A stretch of DNA of 64,000 nt from Eledone cirrhosa (Eukaryota), in NCBI GenBank assembly GCA_964016885.1, contig OZ024743.1:89590001-89654000 (forward strand), read 5' to 3'. The notes below the pieces were generated by a model. That model had not been told where the DNA came from and did not search any database. It saw only the letters and a list, made by a program, of their open reading frames with translations. Below, piece by piece: positions 1 to 11,100 of the stretch (position 1 is its first letter; each line of letters begins with the position of its first letter). A program made the position numbers and the translations under genes.

Positions 1-179
1 CTGCAAAGGTATGTTATTTTCAGTTGTTCAAAATTGCCATTTATGGAAAATTTTTATAGTTAACTGTATATAAGTGCACATACATTGTTTTCTGAAAAGG
101 ACACTCAAAAAGATTGGGGCCTTGAGCCCAAAATTTAAACTTTTATAATTATCAAACAAAGATTTTTCTTTGAAAAATC

Positions 180-2082
180 ATGGACGACTCTGAGTCACAC
201 CTTCCTCACAAACTAACACCTCGCACCGACACCACCATTGTAAATATTACTACGTTTGCCAACACTAAAAATATAAGCAGTAGCAATATTTTAAATTTGT
301 CTCAGGCAGATATTCACTTCCCGCCATTACCAATGACTGCAGGTGTTAAAGCCGCCACCTCACCACTACCACAGCGACAACAGAAACAAAAGAAAAAATA
401 AATTAACTCGTGATATCGAAATGAATTCAACCAGAATGAACTCTTCCACACCGAACACCACTGACGCCACCACCACCACCACAACTGAAACTAAAATTAA
501 CAATAACAAAAATAACGATAACAACAACCAAAACAATGAAATTAAGAAAACCACCCTGAGTTTTGCCAGAGTAGCAAAACAGTGCGATGCGTTCCAGGTA
601 ACTCAGGAGGAATTAGAAGAAACCAAAAAAATGGTAAAGAAAGATGGGTACAGGGTCAGCCCCCCCCCCCCCCACACACACACCTAATAAATGGAGCATC
701 GGCGCCTATGCACCATGTCTTATCGGACGATAAATATAAAATCGCGCCGAGTGGAACGGGCATCCGAGTCCCAAATCTAAAAAGCTTTGGGACATGTGGG
801 GGCAAAGAAAACCCACATCAGACGTGGGCAGAAATATGGAACCGTGGACGTGTTCTTTGAAACACCACAGGAGGCCAGAGAACACTCCATGGCCCCATTA
901 AGAAGTGACGACTTCACACTCGTCTCAAGCTATTGTGGCCAGAGACTCGTGAAGATCAAGGTGACCCACGTTCCACCGGCCATCGAAATTCCCTGGCTAA
1001 TAGCTGCCGTCCTCGCCAGCCAACACCAAGATAATCGAAATAGCGAAAGAAAAGCAGGAGAACTGGTCCGGTTCTGGGATGGAGCTCCTGATCCAAGCGG
1101 ACCAAAAAAGCATTGAGGAGATCCCAGAGGTAATAGACCTCACTGACGGCAGCCACCTCACCGTAATCGTCGAGGGCAGAAGGCCTAGGTGTGTCGTTTG
1201 TGGTGAAGGAACCCACCTAAGGGCTTTCTGCCCTCAGGCTAAAAGGTTGAGGCCACCTCTCTTACCCACCCCAGTGACTCAACCATCAACATCACCAGCA
1301 GCAGAGATGGCAGCAACAACTGTAGCAGCAACAACAGAAGCAACTGCAACAGCAACAACCCCAGCAACAGTAGCAAAACCAACACCACCACCACCCAACG
1401 CGCCAGTACTAGCACAAGCGCCTACACCTTCCACCACGACACAACCAAAACTAACGCCTGTGGAGGATTTTCCACTCCCCGGCCTATCACAACTGGAGAC
1501 AGATTGTGACGACGAGGAGTGGGAAACTGTATCAGGAAAAAAGAAAAAAAGAAACCAAAAAAGAAAAAATTCTCTTTCCTCCCCCTCCCAAAACAAAATA
1601 CAGAGGGAAACAAATAAACTATCAAACAAAAAAGTTAGGACAGATATGCCACCATCCACACCAGCATCACCAACCCCACCACCACAAACACCAACACCAG
1701 CACCATCATTAATCCCAACACCACCATCACCAACACCACAAAAGTCACCAAAAAGCGAAACAGAAACAAACCCACAACAAACGCAAACAAAACAAAACAA
1801 CCAAAACGATACACACTACACAGCATTAAATTTGAACAACAACCAATTATTACACTACATGCAACACAACACCAGCATCACAGAAAAATACTATACAACA
1901 ACCCAAAAGTTCACACCACCTCCACACATACAAATCACTCGCATCACACAGAAAACGTACACGACACTAAAACAAAAATTCCCCAAAGACATCGGAGACT
2001 TCCGACAAGCACTCTCCAGGAGGAGGCCACAAGCAGTGAAAAGGATGGAGAAACCATCCTTCCTCTACGAAAAGTACGGTAA
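180..2082 (+). pseudogene. LINE ORF1 (gag-like), frameshifted
   Basis: ORF fragments 180-401, 343-687, 787-1116 and 1079- align with copy B ORF1 (SFARVAK, KTHIRRGQKYGTVDV, SYCGQ); knuckle CVVCGEGTHLRAFC at 1190-1231; the homologous stop TAA is at 2080-2082. Confidence 0.88.
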
Positions 2083-2116
2083 GTGGTCTTTCCCATCTTT
2101 TCCACTCCATTTCAAC

Positions 2117-5100
2117 ATGACCTCACTCAGAATAGGCAGCATAAATGTGCGTGGCTTGGGGTCGTCATGGAAGCAGGGCCACCTCAGGTCACTAAACATA
2201 GATATAGTGGCAATCAGCGAGACCACCAGAATCTCCGAAGCACGGGCCTTCGCACCGATCTTCGGCGGCTACGATGTGTACGCATCTCCCAGCCGTCCGA
2301 GATCGTGGGGATGAGTTCTGTGCTTTTTCGGAGGTTTGGATCTCAACATACGGGCCATCTTCCTGGACCCAGAAGGTAAGTTGGTGGTGCTGGACGTGAC
2401 CAACGGAGACGGGCAAGCTTTCAGGCTAGTGGCCGTCTATGCCCCGACAGAAACAGGGCGGCCTGATTTCTTCCGGCGTCTGGAGACCTTTCTTGGAACG
2501 TCCCGCTCTTTAGTGTTAGTGGGCGACTGGAACGGGATCTTAGATGCACGCTGGGACTGTGTGGGATTAGCGGATAGAGGAGGAGGGTGCAAAAACCTCA
2601 CCAACCTGCTCAGGCGTTTTGAACTGTCTGACAGGTACCGATTGGATTTCCCGAATGTGCCAATGTGGACTTGGACAAATCGTATCGGGTCACCCAGATC
2701 ATATCTAGATAGAGTATTTTGTAGGGAAATAGATAGGTCTAGCATAGGCTGTCCACAATTCAAGATAGTCAGCTACACGGACCACAAATTCGTGATCTGT
2801 GACCTTGACTTAGATAGGCTTCATAGACGAGGACCCGGCTACTGGAAACTAAACGCGTCCTTACCAGCGCGCAAGGCCTATAAAGACCGGATTAGCGAAC
2901 TAGTTAAGCGGACGTTGACGGGGGCCATCGTCAACAACAAGTGGTGGTTTGCTCTTAAAAGAGCAATTAGAATAGAGTCCATTAGGTTTAGTAAGGCTTT
3001 AGCAATAGAGAAAAATAGAGCAGAGGGAGAACTAGTTAGAAAATTAGAAGAGGCGTTTAGCAAAGGCATCGTGACCGACATGCTTGCGGAGAAATTGGCC
3101 CTTGACCAATTCTTCAATGCAAAGCACGAAGGCTGCGTTGTCAGAGCTAGGGTGCGTGCTCTCAGACACGAGGGGACGAAAGCCGTTCAATGGGCCCGAG
3201 TGGCGGAGGCGCATCGTGGCAACAAAGCCACGATCCGGTCTTTGGTGGACCACGACGGGCGCATGCTACTCGATCCCGGGCAAATGTGTGAAGCTTTTCA
3301 GCGACACTTCGCTCAGTTGTTCGGGGGCAGCGGCGGGCCGAATCGAGGGATGGACTTTAGTGTCTACCTCGACGGACTGCCGCGGCTCTCGGCCACTGAG
3401 GCGGAGTGTTGCGAAAAGCCGATAACAGCCGCTGAAGTACGGGAGGCAATGACTGGCTGCACAAAGGGTAAATCGCCTGGTTTGGATGGTCTGCCCTATG
3501 AACTTTACGTACAGATGCCAGACTTGTTCGGAGGCCTCTTGGTGGACGTCTACTGCAACCGGCAACAGAACGGGGGAGTTCCCAGCTCTGTGAGCCGAGG
3601 AGCTGTGGCGCTGCTGAGAAAGGATCCGAACAAGGGGGATAACATAGATAATTTTAGGCCCATAACTCTGCTAAACACAGAGTTCAAGATTTTGGCCAAG
3701 GTGCTAGCAAAGAGGTTGGCGCTTGTCGTTGGTGGTCTGGTGGGAGAGGCGCAGACATGCGCCATTCCCGACAGATCCATCCACAATAACCTCCACCTCA
3801 TGCGATACATCGTAGAGAGGGTAGCTAGGGAACCTGGCACGGGTGGGTCCTTGATCAATTTAGATCAGTCGAAAGCTTTCGATAGGGTCGACCATCGTTA
3901 CCTAGCGGCAGTCCTGAGGGCGGCTGGCTTTGGGCCCGTCTTCAAGGGTGGATCGCTGCCATGCACAGCGACATCTGCTCTGTGGTGAGAGTGAACGGTC
4001 ACCTTTCGGAACCGTTCAACATCATGCGCTCGGTCCGCCAAGGATGTCCCCTCTCGTCCCTCTTGTACGTATTGATTCTCGAGCCATTACTGCACAAACT
4101 GAAGACGTTGAGGGGGGTCCCGCGCGAACTAGGATGCGGAAGATCAGTGACAGCATATGCGGACGATGTCACCGTAGTGGTGTCGGACGCCAAACACATC
4201 GAGGCGATCGGCAATACACTAAGAGAATACGAAGCGGTGACAGGAGCAATGATCAACCAGGAAAAGTCAGTGGGCCTGCAGCTCGGCACCTGGAGAGGCA
4301 GGTCCATGCCGTCCAACAGCGTCGTCAGGCGCTGGACGGACGGACCGGTTAAATTGCTAGGGATCTGGTTCGGTCCGGACCTCCAGACGGACAAAAACCG
4401 GGACGACGTGACGAGCAGGGTGGCTTCTCTCATCCAGAAATGGGCGGAGAGGAAGCTATCCCTCAAAGGTCGAGTGGAGGTGGCTAACGCGTACATCGCG
4501 TCCGTCATCTACTACCGCCTGACCGTCGTACCTTGTCCTAAGCCCCGCCTGACTGCGCTGGAGCGTTTGCTCTTTCGCTTTTTGTGGAAGAGACGCGCTC
4601 CGATGGTCAGGCGGTCCATCTGCTGTCAACACCCGCTACGTGGAGGGCTGGGCATGCCGTGGCTGATGATGCGCAGACACGCGCTCAGGCTACGACATCT
4701 CCACCTCTTCCTCGACGGTGATCAGGTGTGGTCGCCGTTTGCTAGACACGTCTTTCCTTGACGGAGCTGCAGTCCTGGGTCAAGCGAAGACCGAGAGGGA
4801 GCGCTTGGAGACTGGAATGTCTTCAGGCGCTCACAGCCCTCGACCAATCGGGCAATGTGATCGGTGGAAACTCCACCTTGGCGTTCTATAGAGGATTAGT
4901 GGAGGGGAAAAGCGACGACGTACTTGGAGAAACTCTAGGCGTCGACGAAAATCAACTAGCCAATCTCTTCGGACGGACTTTCGGGACGGGGCCTATGGAC
5001 AACTTCCAGAAATCCCTGGCCTGGCAGTGCTACCGGGGAGCTTTGCCAGTTCGGGATAAACTCTACAGGCATGGAGGTGCCGTCAGCCGGGCATGTCCGA

Positions 5101-5510
5101 GATGCGCGCAGGGCGACGAAACCGTCCTGCACGCACTCGTCCAGTGTCCGAGCATTGCTGACTTGTAGGTTTATGTCGAACACCTGCTGTCACGTGTGGG
5201 ACGGATCCAGCTGTGAGCTGAGTCCATCGTGAGGATCGCCCCGCCCTCTTCTTTTAGCCGGGAAGAGCAGGCAGTTTTTATCTGTCTGGTGGCCATGGCG
5301 AAAGAGATAGTATGGTGGACACGTTTGAAAGGGCTGAAGACGAGCACTTACCTCTTCGGTGATGCCCTGATTAACTTTTTCAAATTTCATTTGAAAAGGA
5401 AAATCAGGGTAGAGAGGGAAGTGCTCTCTTCCCAGCATTTTGTTGAAAGATGAGTGAGAGAAGCAAGTATGGCCCGAGTGAATGGGCCTACTCTGAGTAT
5501 CTGTCTGTAA
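2117..5510 (+). pseudogene. LINE ORF2 (APE endonuclease + reverse transcriptase), disrupted
   Basis: Motifs GDWN, YLDR, TDH, SPGLDG, DQSKAFD, QGCPLS, YADD; frameshifts near 2300-2335, 3945 and 4757; premature stops at 5166 and 5451 relative to copy B. Confidence 0.93.
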
Positions 5511-5991
5511 ATTAAAGGTGGAAAACTGGGAGAGGGCACTTGCCCTGGTGGTCAGGGTCACTGTGGTCTTTTAATGGGCTTTCTCCACAAATGTCCCTCG
5601 GAAGTCTCCCCCCTATTGGGCAACTTTTCTTTGTTATTTTATTACATCCTCTGTTTTTTTTACACGCAGAAATGCCCATTTGTACCGTCCTGTATTGTCC
5701 TGTACTGTCCTTAATGTCTACTTTATGTAAACCCTTGTGGTTAATAAAGAAAACATTATTATTATTATTATTATTATTGAATGCCATGGTTGACGGAGGC
5801 TCGGCTCTGTAAGGTATAGTAATTTTTAACCGTTAAAACAATTGTAAATTGTTTAAAACTTGAACCAAATTGTTGATAAAGACACCCTCCTCCTCGTGAG
5901 AGGGGTCTTTCTGTCCGTTATTTGGCCCTTCGGGGTTAAATAACCAGTTATTGGGGTTTTGTACCCAAAATTTCATTTTAAACAAAAAAAC

Positions 5992-8067
5992 ATGGCTACC
6001 AAAAAGAAATTTCATACGTCACTCCCACTCATTCCGTCTTCTTCTTCCTCAATCATCACTACAGCAGAGAGAAGATTGTCTCTCTCCCTCCCTTCTTTAA
6101 ATGTGTCTCTCTCCCTCCCTTCTCTTTCGCAAGCGACGAAAGAAAAGAAAAGTCTCGTGCAAAGCGTGCAAGGTTTCTCCACGACGACGACGACAGCGAC
6201 GAAACAGGTGTGCGGGAAATACGAAAACCCAGTTCATTCGTCTGACGTCAGGAATAATAGCAGTAGCAGCCGTAATAACAACAGCAACAGTGACAATGAA
6301 AACAACAGTAGCAGCCGCAACAGCATCACCAGCAGCATAAACAACAACAGCATTAGCAGCAGCAACACCAACAACAACCACAGCAACAGCGGCGGAGGCA
6401 GTAGTCGTAGTACCTGCAGCAACAAAAGTACCAGCAGCTCTGACGACAACAACAACAGCAGAGAAAAACCAATCTCATTTGCAGGTATTGCGAAAAACTT
6501 GGAAACAATCCTCATAACAAATGAGGAATTAGAGGAAGCGAAGAAGATGGTGACAAAGAACGGACACCGAGCAATCTGCAAGGCAGCAAAAAATTTTTTC
6601 GAAACCCAAGAGCACTGTACGGTCACGTACCGTACAGTAAGTACAAAATCCCGTAGGGTGGAAAGAGCCACAGAGGCCCAAATACAAAAAGCCTTGGGGT
6701 CTGTGTGGCAGCGGAAAACGCACATCACCCGAGGCAAAAAATATGCCACCGTAGACGTACTTTTTGCCACACCCCAGGAGGCAAAGGCCCAATCAGTAGT
6801 GACCCTAAGGAGCGAGGAAATGGTGTTGGTGCCCTCCTACTGTGGGCAAAAAATTGTGAGGGTCAAACTGACCCACGTCCCCCCCGGAATGACCCCTTCT
6901 TGGCTGGCCGCGTCTGTCCTCGTCGGAATCGAGGACAAAACAACTGTACTGCAAGTACAGAAAAAAGTAAGAGAAGATTGGGTCGGCTCCTCCATTGAGA
7001 TGCTAATCCAAACCAACCAGGAGTGCATCGAAGCTATCCCGGATGTGATAGACTTCGATAACGGCACTCAACTGCCCATAAGTGTTGAGGGCAAACGCCC
7101 GAAATGCTTTCGCTGTGGATCGAAGACTCACCTCAGGGCCTTCTGCAACGAGAAGACCCTGAGAAAGGAGAAAACCCCCCTCCTTCCGAATCCGGCTCCA
7201 CGGCTACCAGCAACAGGACAAGCGGCAACCAGGAACGATAGGCCCGTGGCACCCATACCCACTCCACGGAAATCAAAAACAGCAGCAGCAGTGGAAATAC
7301 TAACAACAACAACAGCAATACCAAATGCAGCTGCAACAGAGACTCCAGTGCAAACATCACCAACAACAAGTGAAAGAGTGGAGCTGGTACCTCTCCCCGA
7401 CCTCACAGAATCAGACATGGAGTGTGAGGTGGGAGAGGGATGGCAAAAGGTCGTAAGAAGGCACAAACGCAGAAGCAGCGCATCGTCGCCTTTGAAAAGG
7501 GAGGAAAGAAATGAGAAAAGAGTAAAGTCTACTGCAAAGAGACCCACAGCAGCAACAACACCAACACCATCACCACCCACACTAGCACCACCATCACCAC
7601 CGCCAACAACACCTTTAACACCACCACCACAAGCACCAACATCGCAAACGCAACAACAAAACACACACACCCAGCAACAACGACAAGAAAATAGCAGAAC
7701 CACACCCCACCCCCAGAAAAACAAATGCACGGCAATAAACACACACAACAAGAAACTAATGACTTACATAATTGAACACACAGACATTTCACAACAGGAC
7801 TACATAATACCAGCACCAATCAAAACGCCAACTAACATAAGACTGCTAAAAATAGCACAGAAACAATACACAAACATTAAAACGAAATTCCCCAACGCAG
7901 TTGGTGATTTCAGGGACCTAGGAGGAACCATCAATCGAAGAGTATACTCAGACATTCTCTTAGAAGAGCCGACGACCAGCCGAAGGGACGATTCAACGGT
8001 CCCTTCACCAGACGATCAAGTGAAAAGGGATGTAAAAACCATCCCTCCTCTACCAAAAGTACGGTAA
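5992..8067 (+). CDS. LINE ORF1p nucleic-acid-binding protein, ~691 aa
   Basis: First ATG at 5992 in AAACATGG context, in frame with ORF 5959..8067; S/N-rich N-terminus, SFAGIAK, CX2CX4HX4C knuckle CFRCGSKTHLRAFC (7105-7146), P/T-rich linker, basic WQKVVRRHKRR. Confidence 0.88.
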   Translation: MATKKKFHTSLPLIPSSSSSIITTAERRLSLSLPSLNVSLSLPSLSQATKEKKSLVQSVQGFSTTTTTATKQVCGKYENPVHSSDVRNNSSSSRNNNSNSDNENNSSSRNSITSSINNNSISSSNTNNNHSNSGGGSSRSTCSNKSTSSSDDNNNSREKPISFAGIAKNLETILITNEELEEAKKMVTKNGHRAICKAAKNFFETQEHCTVTYRTVSTKSRRVERATEAQIQKALGSVWQRKTHITRGKKYATVDVLFATPQEAKAQSVVTLRSEEMVLVPSYCGQKIVRVKLTHVPPGMTPSWLAASVLVGIEDKTTVLQVQKKVREDWVGSSIEMLIQTNQECIEAIPDVIDFDNGTQLPISVEGKRPKCFRCGSKTHLRAFCNEKTLRKEKTPLLPNPAPRLPATGQAATRNDRPVAPIPTPRKSKTAAAVEILTTTTAIPNAAATETPVQTSPTTSERVELVPLPDLTESDMECEVGEGWQKVVRRHKRRSSASSPLKREERNEKRVKSTAKRPTAATTPTPSPPTLAPPSPPPTTPLTPPPQAPTSQTQQQNTHTQQQRQENSRTTPHPQKNKCTAINTHNKKLMTYIIEHTDISQQDYIIPAPIKTPTNIRLLKIAQKQYTNIKTKFPNAVGDFRDLGGTINRRVYSDILLEEPTTSRRDDSTVPSPDDQVKRDVKTIPPLPKVR

Positions 8068-8102
8068 GTGGTCTTTCCCATCTTTTCCACTCTATTTTAA
8101 AC

Positions 8103-11100
8103 ATGACCTCACTCAGAATAGGCAGCATAAATGCGCGTGGCTTGGGGTCGTCATGGAAGCAGGGTCACCTGCTCAACGACCTCAGGTCACTAAACATAGA
8201 TGTAGTGGCCATCAGCGAGACCAGAATCTCCGAAGCACGGGCCTTCGCACCGATCTTCGGCGGCTACGATGTGTACGCATCTCCCAGCCGTCCTGGATCG
8301 GGTGGAGGAGTTGCTGTGCTTTTTCGGAGAGGTTTGGATCTCGCCATACGGGCCATCTTCCTGGACCCAGAGGGTAAGCTGGTGGTGCTGGACGTGACCA
8401 GCGGAGACGGGCAAGCTTTCAGGCTAGTGGCCGTCTATGCCCCGACAGGAGCAGGGCGGCCTGATTTCTTCCGGCGTCTGGAGACCTTTCTTGGAACGTC
8501 CCGCTCTTTAGTGTTAGTGGGCGACTGGAACGGGATCTTAGATGCACGCTGGGACTGTGTGGGATTAGCGGATAGGGGTGGAGGGTGCAAGAGCCTCACC
8601 AACCTGCTCAGGCGTTTTGAACTGTCTGACAGGTACCGATTGGATTTCCCGAATGTGCCAATGTGGACTTGGACAAACCGCATAGGGTCATCCAGATCAT
8701 ATCTAGATAGAGTATTTTGTAGGGAAATAGATAGGTCTAGCATAGGCTGTCCACAATTCAAGATAGTCAGCTACACGGACCACAAATTCGTGACCTGTGT
8801 GCTTGACTTAGATAGGCTTCATAGACGAGGACCCGGCTACTGGAAGCTAAACGCGTCCTTACCAGCGCGCAAGGCCTACAGAGACCGGATTAGCGAACTA
8901 GTTAAGCGGGCGTTGACGGGGGCCATCGTCAACAACAAGTGGTGGTTTGCTCTGAAAAGAGCGATTAGAATAGAATCGATTAGGTTTAGTAAGGCTTTAG
9001 CAATAGAGAAAAATAGAGCAGAGGGAGAACTAGTTAGAAAATTAGACGAGGCGCTTAGCAAAGGCATTGCGACCGACGTGCTTGCGGCGAAATTGGCCCT
9101 TGACCAATTCTTCAATGCAAAGCACGAAGGCTGCGTTGTCAGAGCTAGGGTGCGTGCTCTCAGACACGAGGGGACGAAAGCCGTTCAATGGGCCCGAGTG
9201 GCGGAGGCGCGTCGTGGCAACAAAGCCACGATCCGGTCTTTGGTGGACCACGACGGGCGCATGCTACTCGATCCCGGGCAAATGTGTGAAGCTTTTCAGC
9301 GACACTTCGCTCAGCTGTTCGGGGGCAGCGGGGGGCCGGGTAGAGGGATGGACTTTAGTGTCTACCTCGACGGACTGCCGCGGCTCTCGGCCACTGAGGC
9401 GAAGTGTTGCGAAAAGCCGATAACAGCCGCTGAAGTACGGGAGGCAATGACTGGCTGCACAAGGGGTAAATCGCCTGGTTTGGATGGTCTGCCCTATGAA
9501 CTTTACGTACAGATGCCAGACTTGTTCGGAGGCCTCTTGGCGGACGTCTACTGCAACTGGCAACAGAACGGGAGAATTCCCAGTTCTGTGAGCCGAGGAG
9601 CGGTGGCACTGCTGAGAAAGGATCCGAACAAGGGGGATAACATAGACAATTTCCGGCCCATAACTCTGCTAAACACAGAGTTTAAGATTTTGGCCAAGGT
9701 GCTAGCAAAGAGGTTGGCGCTTGTCGTTGGTGGTCTGGTGGGAGAGGCGCAGACATGCGCCATTCCCGACAGATCCATCCACGACAACCTCCACCTCATG
9801 CGATACATCGTAGAGAGGGTAGCTAGGGAACCTGGCACGGGTGGGTCCTTGATCAATTTAGATCAGTCGAAAGCTTTCGATAGGGTCGACCATCGTTACC
9901 TAGCGGCAGTCCTGAGGGCGGCTGGCTTTGGGCCCGTCTTCAGAGGCTGGATCGCTGCCATGCACAGCGACATCTGCTCTGTAGTGAGAGTGAACGGTCA
10001 CCTGTCGGAACCGTTCAACATCATGCGCTCGGTCCGCCAAGGATGTCCCCTCTCGTCCCTCTTGTACGTATTGACTCTCGAGCCATTACTGCACAAACTG
10101 GAGACGTTGAGGGGAGTCCCGCGCGAACTAGGATGCGGAAGATCCGTGTCAGCATATGCGGACGATGTCACCGTAGTGGTGTCGAACGCCAAACACATCG
10201 AGGCGATCGGCACTACACTAAGAGAATACGAAGCGGTGACAGGAGCAATGATCAACCAGGAAAAGTCAGTGGGCCTGCAGCTCGGCACCTGGAGAGGCAG
10301 GTCCATGCCGTCCAACAGCGTCGTCGGGCGCTGGACGGACGGACCGGTTAAATTGCTAGGGGTCTGGTTCGGTCCGGACCTCCAGACGGACAAAAACTGG
10401 GACGAGGTGACGAGCAGGGTGGCTTCTCTCACCCAAAAATGGGCGGAGAGGAAGCTATCCCTGAAAGGTCGAGCGGAGGTGGCTAACGCGTACATCGCGT
10501 CTGTCATCTGCTACCGCCTAACCGTCGTACCTTGTCCTAAGCCTCGCCTGACTGCGCTGGAGCGTTTGCTCTTTCGCTTTTTGTGGAAGGGACGTGCTCC
10601 GATGGTCAGGCGGTCCATCTGTTGTCAACACCCGCTACGTGGAGGGCTGGGCATGCCGTGGCTGATGATGCGCAGGCACGCGCTCAGGCTACGACATCTC
10701 CACCTCTTCCTCGACGGTGATCAGGTGTGGTCGCCGTTTGCTAGACGCGTTTTTCCCCAGCTCGTTTCCTTGACGGAGCTGCAGTCCTGGGTCAAGCGAA
10801 GACCGAGAGGGAGCGCCTGGAGACTGGAATGTCTTCAGGCGCTCACAGCCCTCGACCAATCGGGCAATGTGATCGGTGGAAACTCCACCTCGGCGTTCTA
10901 TAGAGGATTAGTGGAGGGGAAGAGCGACGACGTACTTGGGGAAACTCTAGGCGTCGACGAAAATCAACTAGCCAATCTCTTCGGAAGAACTTTCGGGCCA
11001 GGGCCTATGGACAACTTCCAGAAATCTCTGGCCTGGCAGTGCTACCGAGGAGCCTTGCCAGTTCGGGATAAACTCTACAGGCATGGAGGTGCCGTCAGCC

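Larger units (their letters stand above)
1..5778 (+). mobile_element. Tx1/L1-clade LINE, copy A, near full length but decayed (5' end probably just upstream of the window)
   Basis: ORF1 pieces with a CCHC knuckle; APE and RT ORF2 pieces nearly identical to copy B; AATAAA at 5743 and (ATT)8 tail at 5755-5778; bases 1-40 resemble the copy B 5'UTR at ~5807-5845. Confidence 0.93.

Noticed and set aside
3555-5453. RNA-editing or APOBEC signature in copy A (TGG to CGG, TAG, TGA)
   Set aside because: Few changes and of mixed direction; compatible with ordinary transitions
5811-5820. 5'UTR splice-donor-like AAGGTAT shared with positions 6-12
   Set aside because: The copy B match (GTATAG) is weak and I found no acceptor upstream of the ORF2 ATG; may be a promoter motif
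1279-10507. Antisense ORFs within the LINEs, some shared by both copies
   Set aside because: Expected shadows of low-complexity or GC-rich sense ORFs; sharing reflects near-identical DNA
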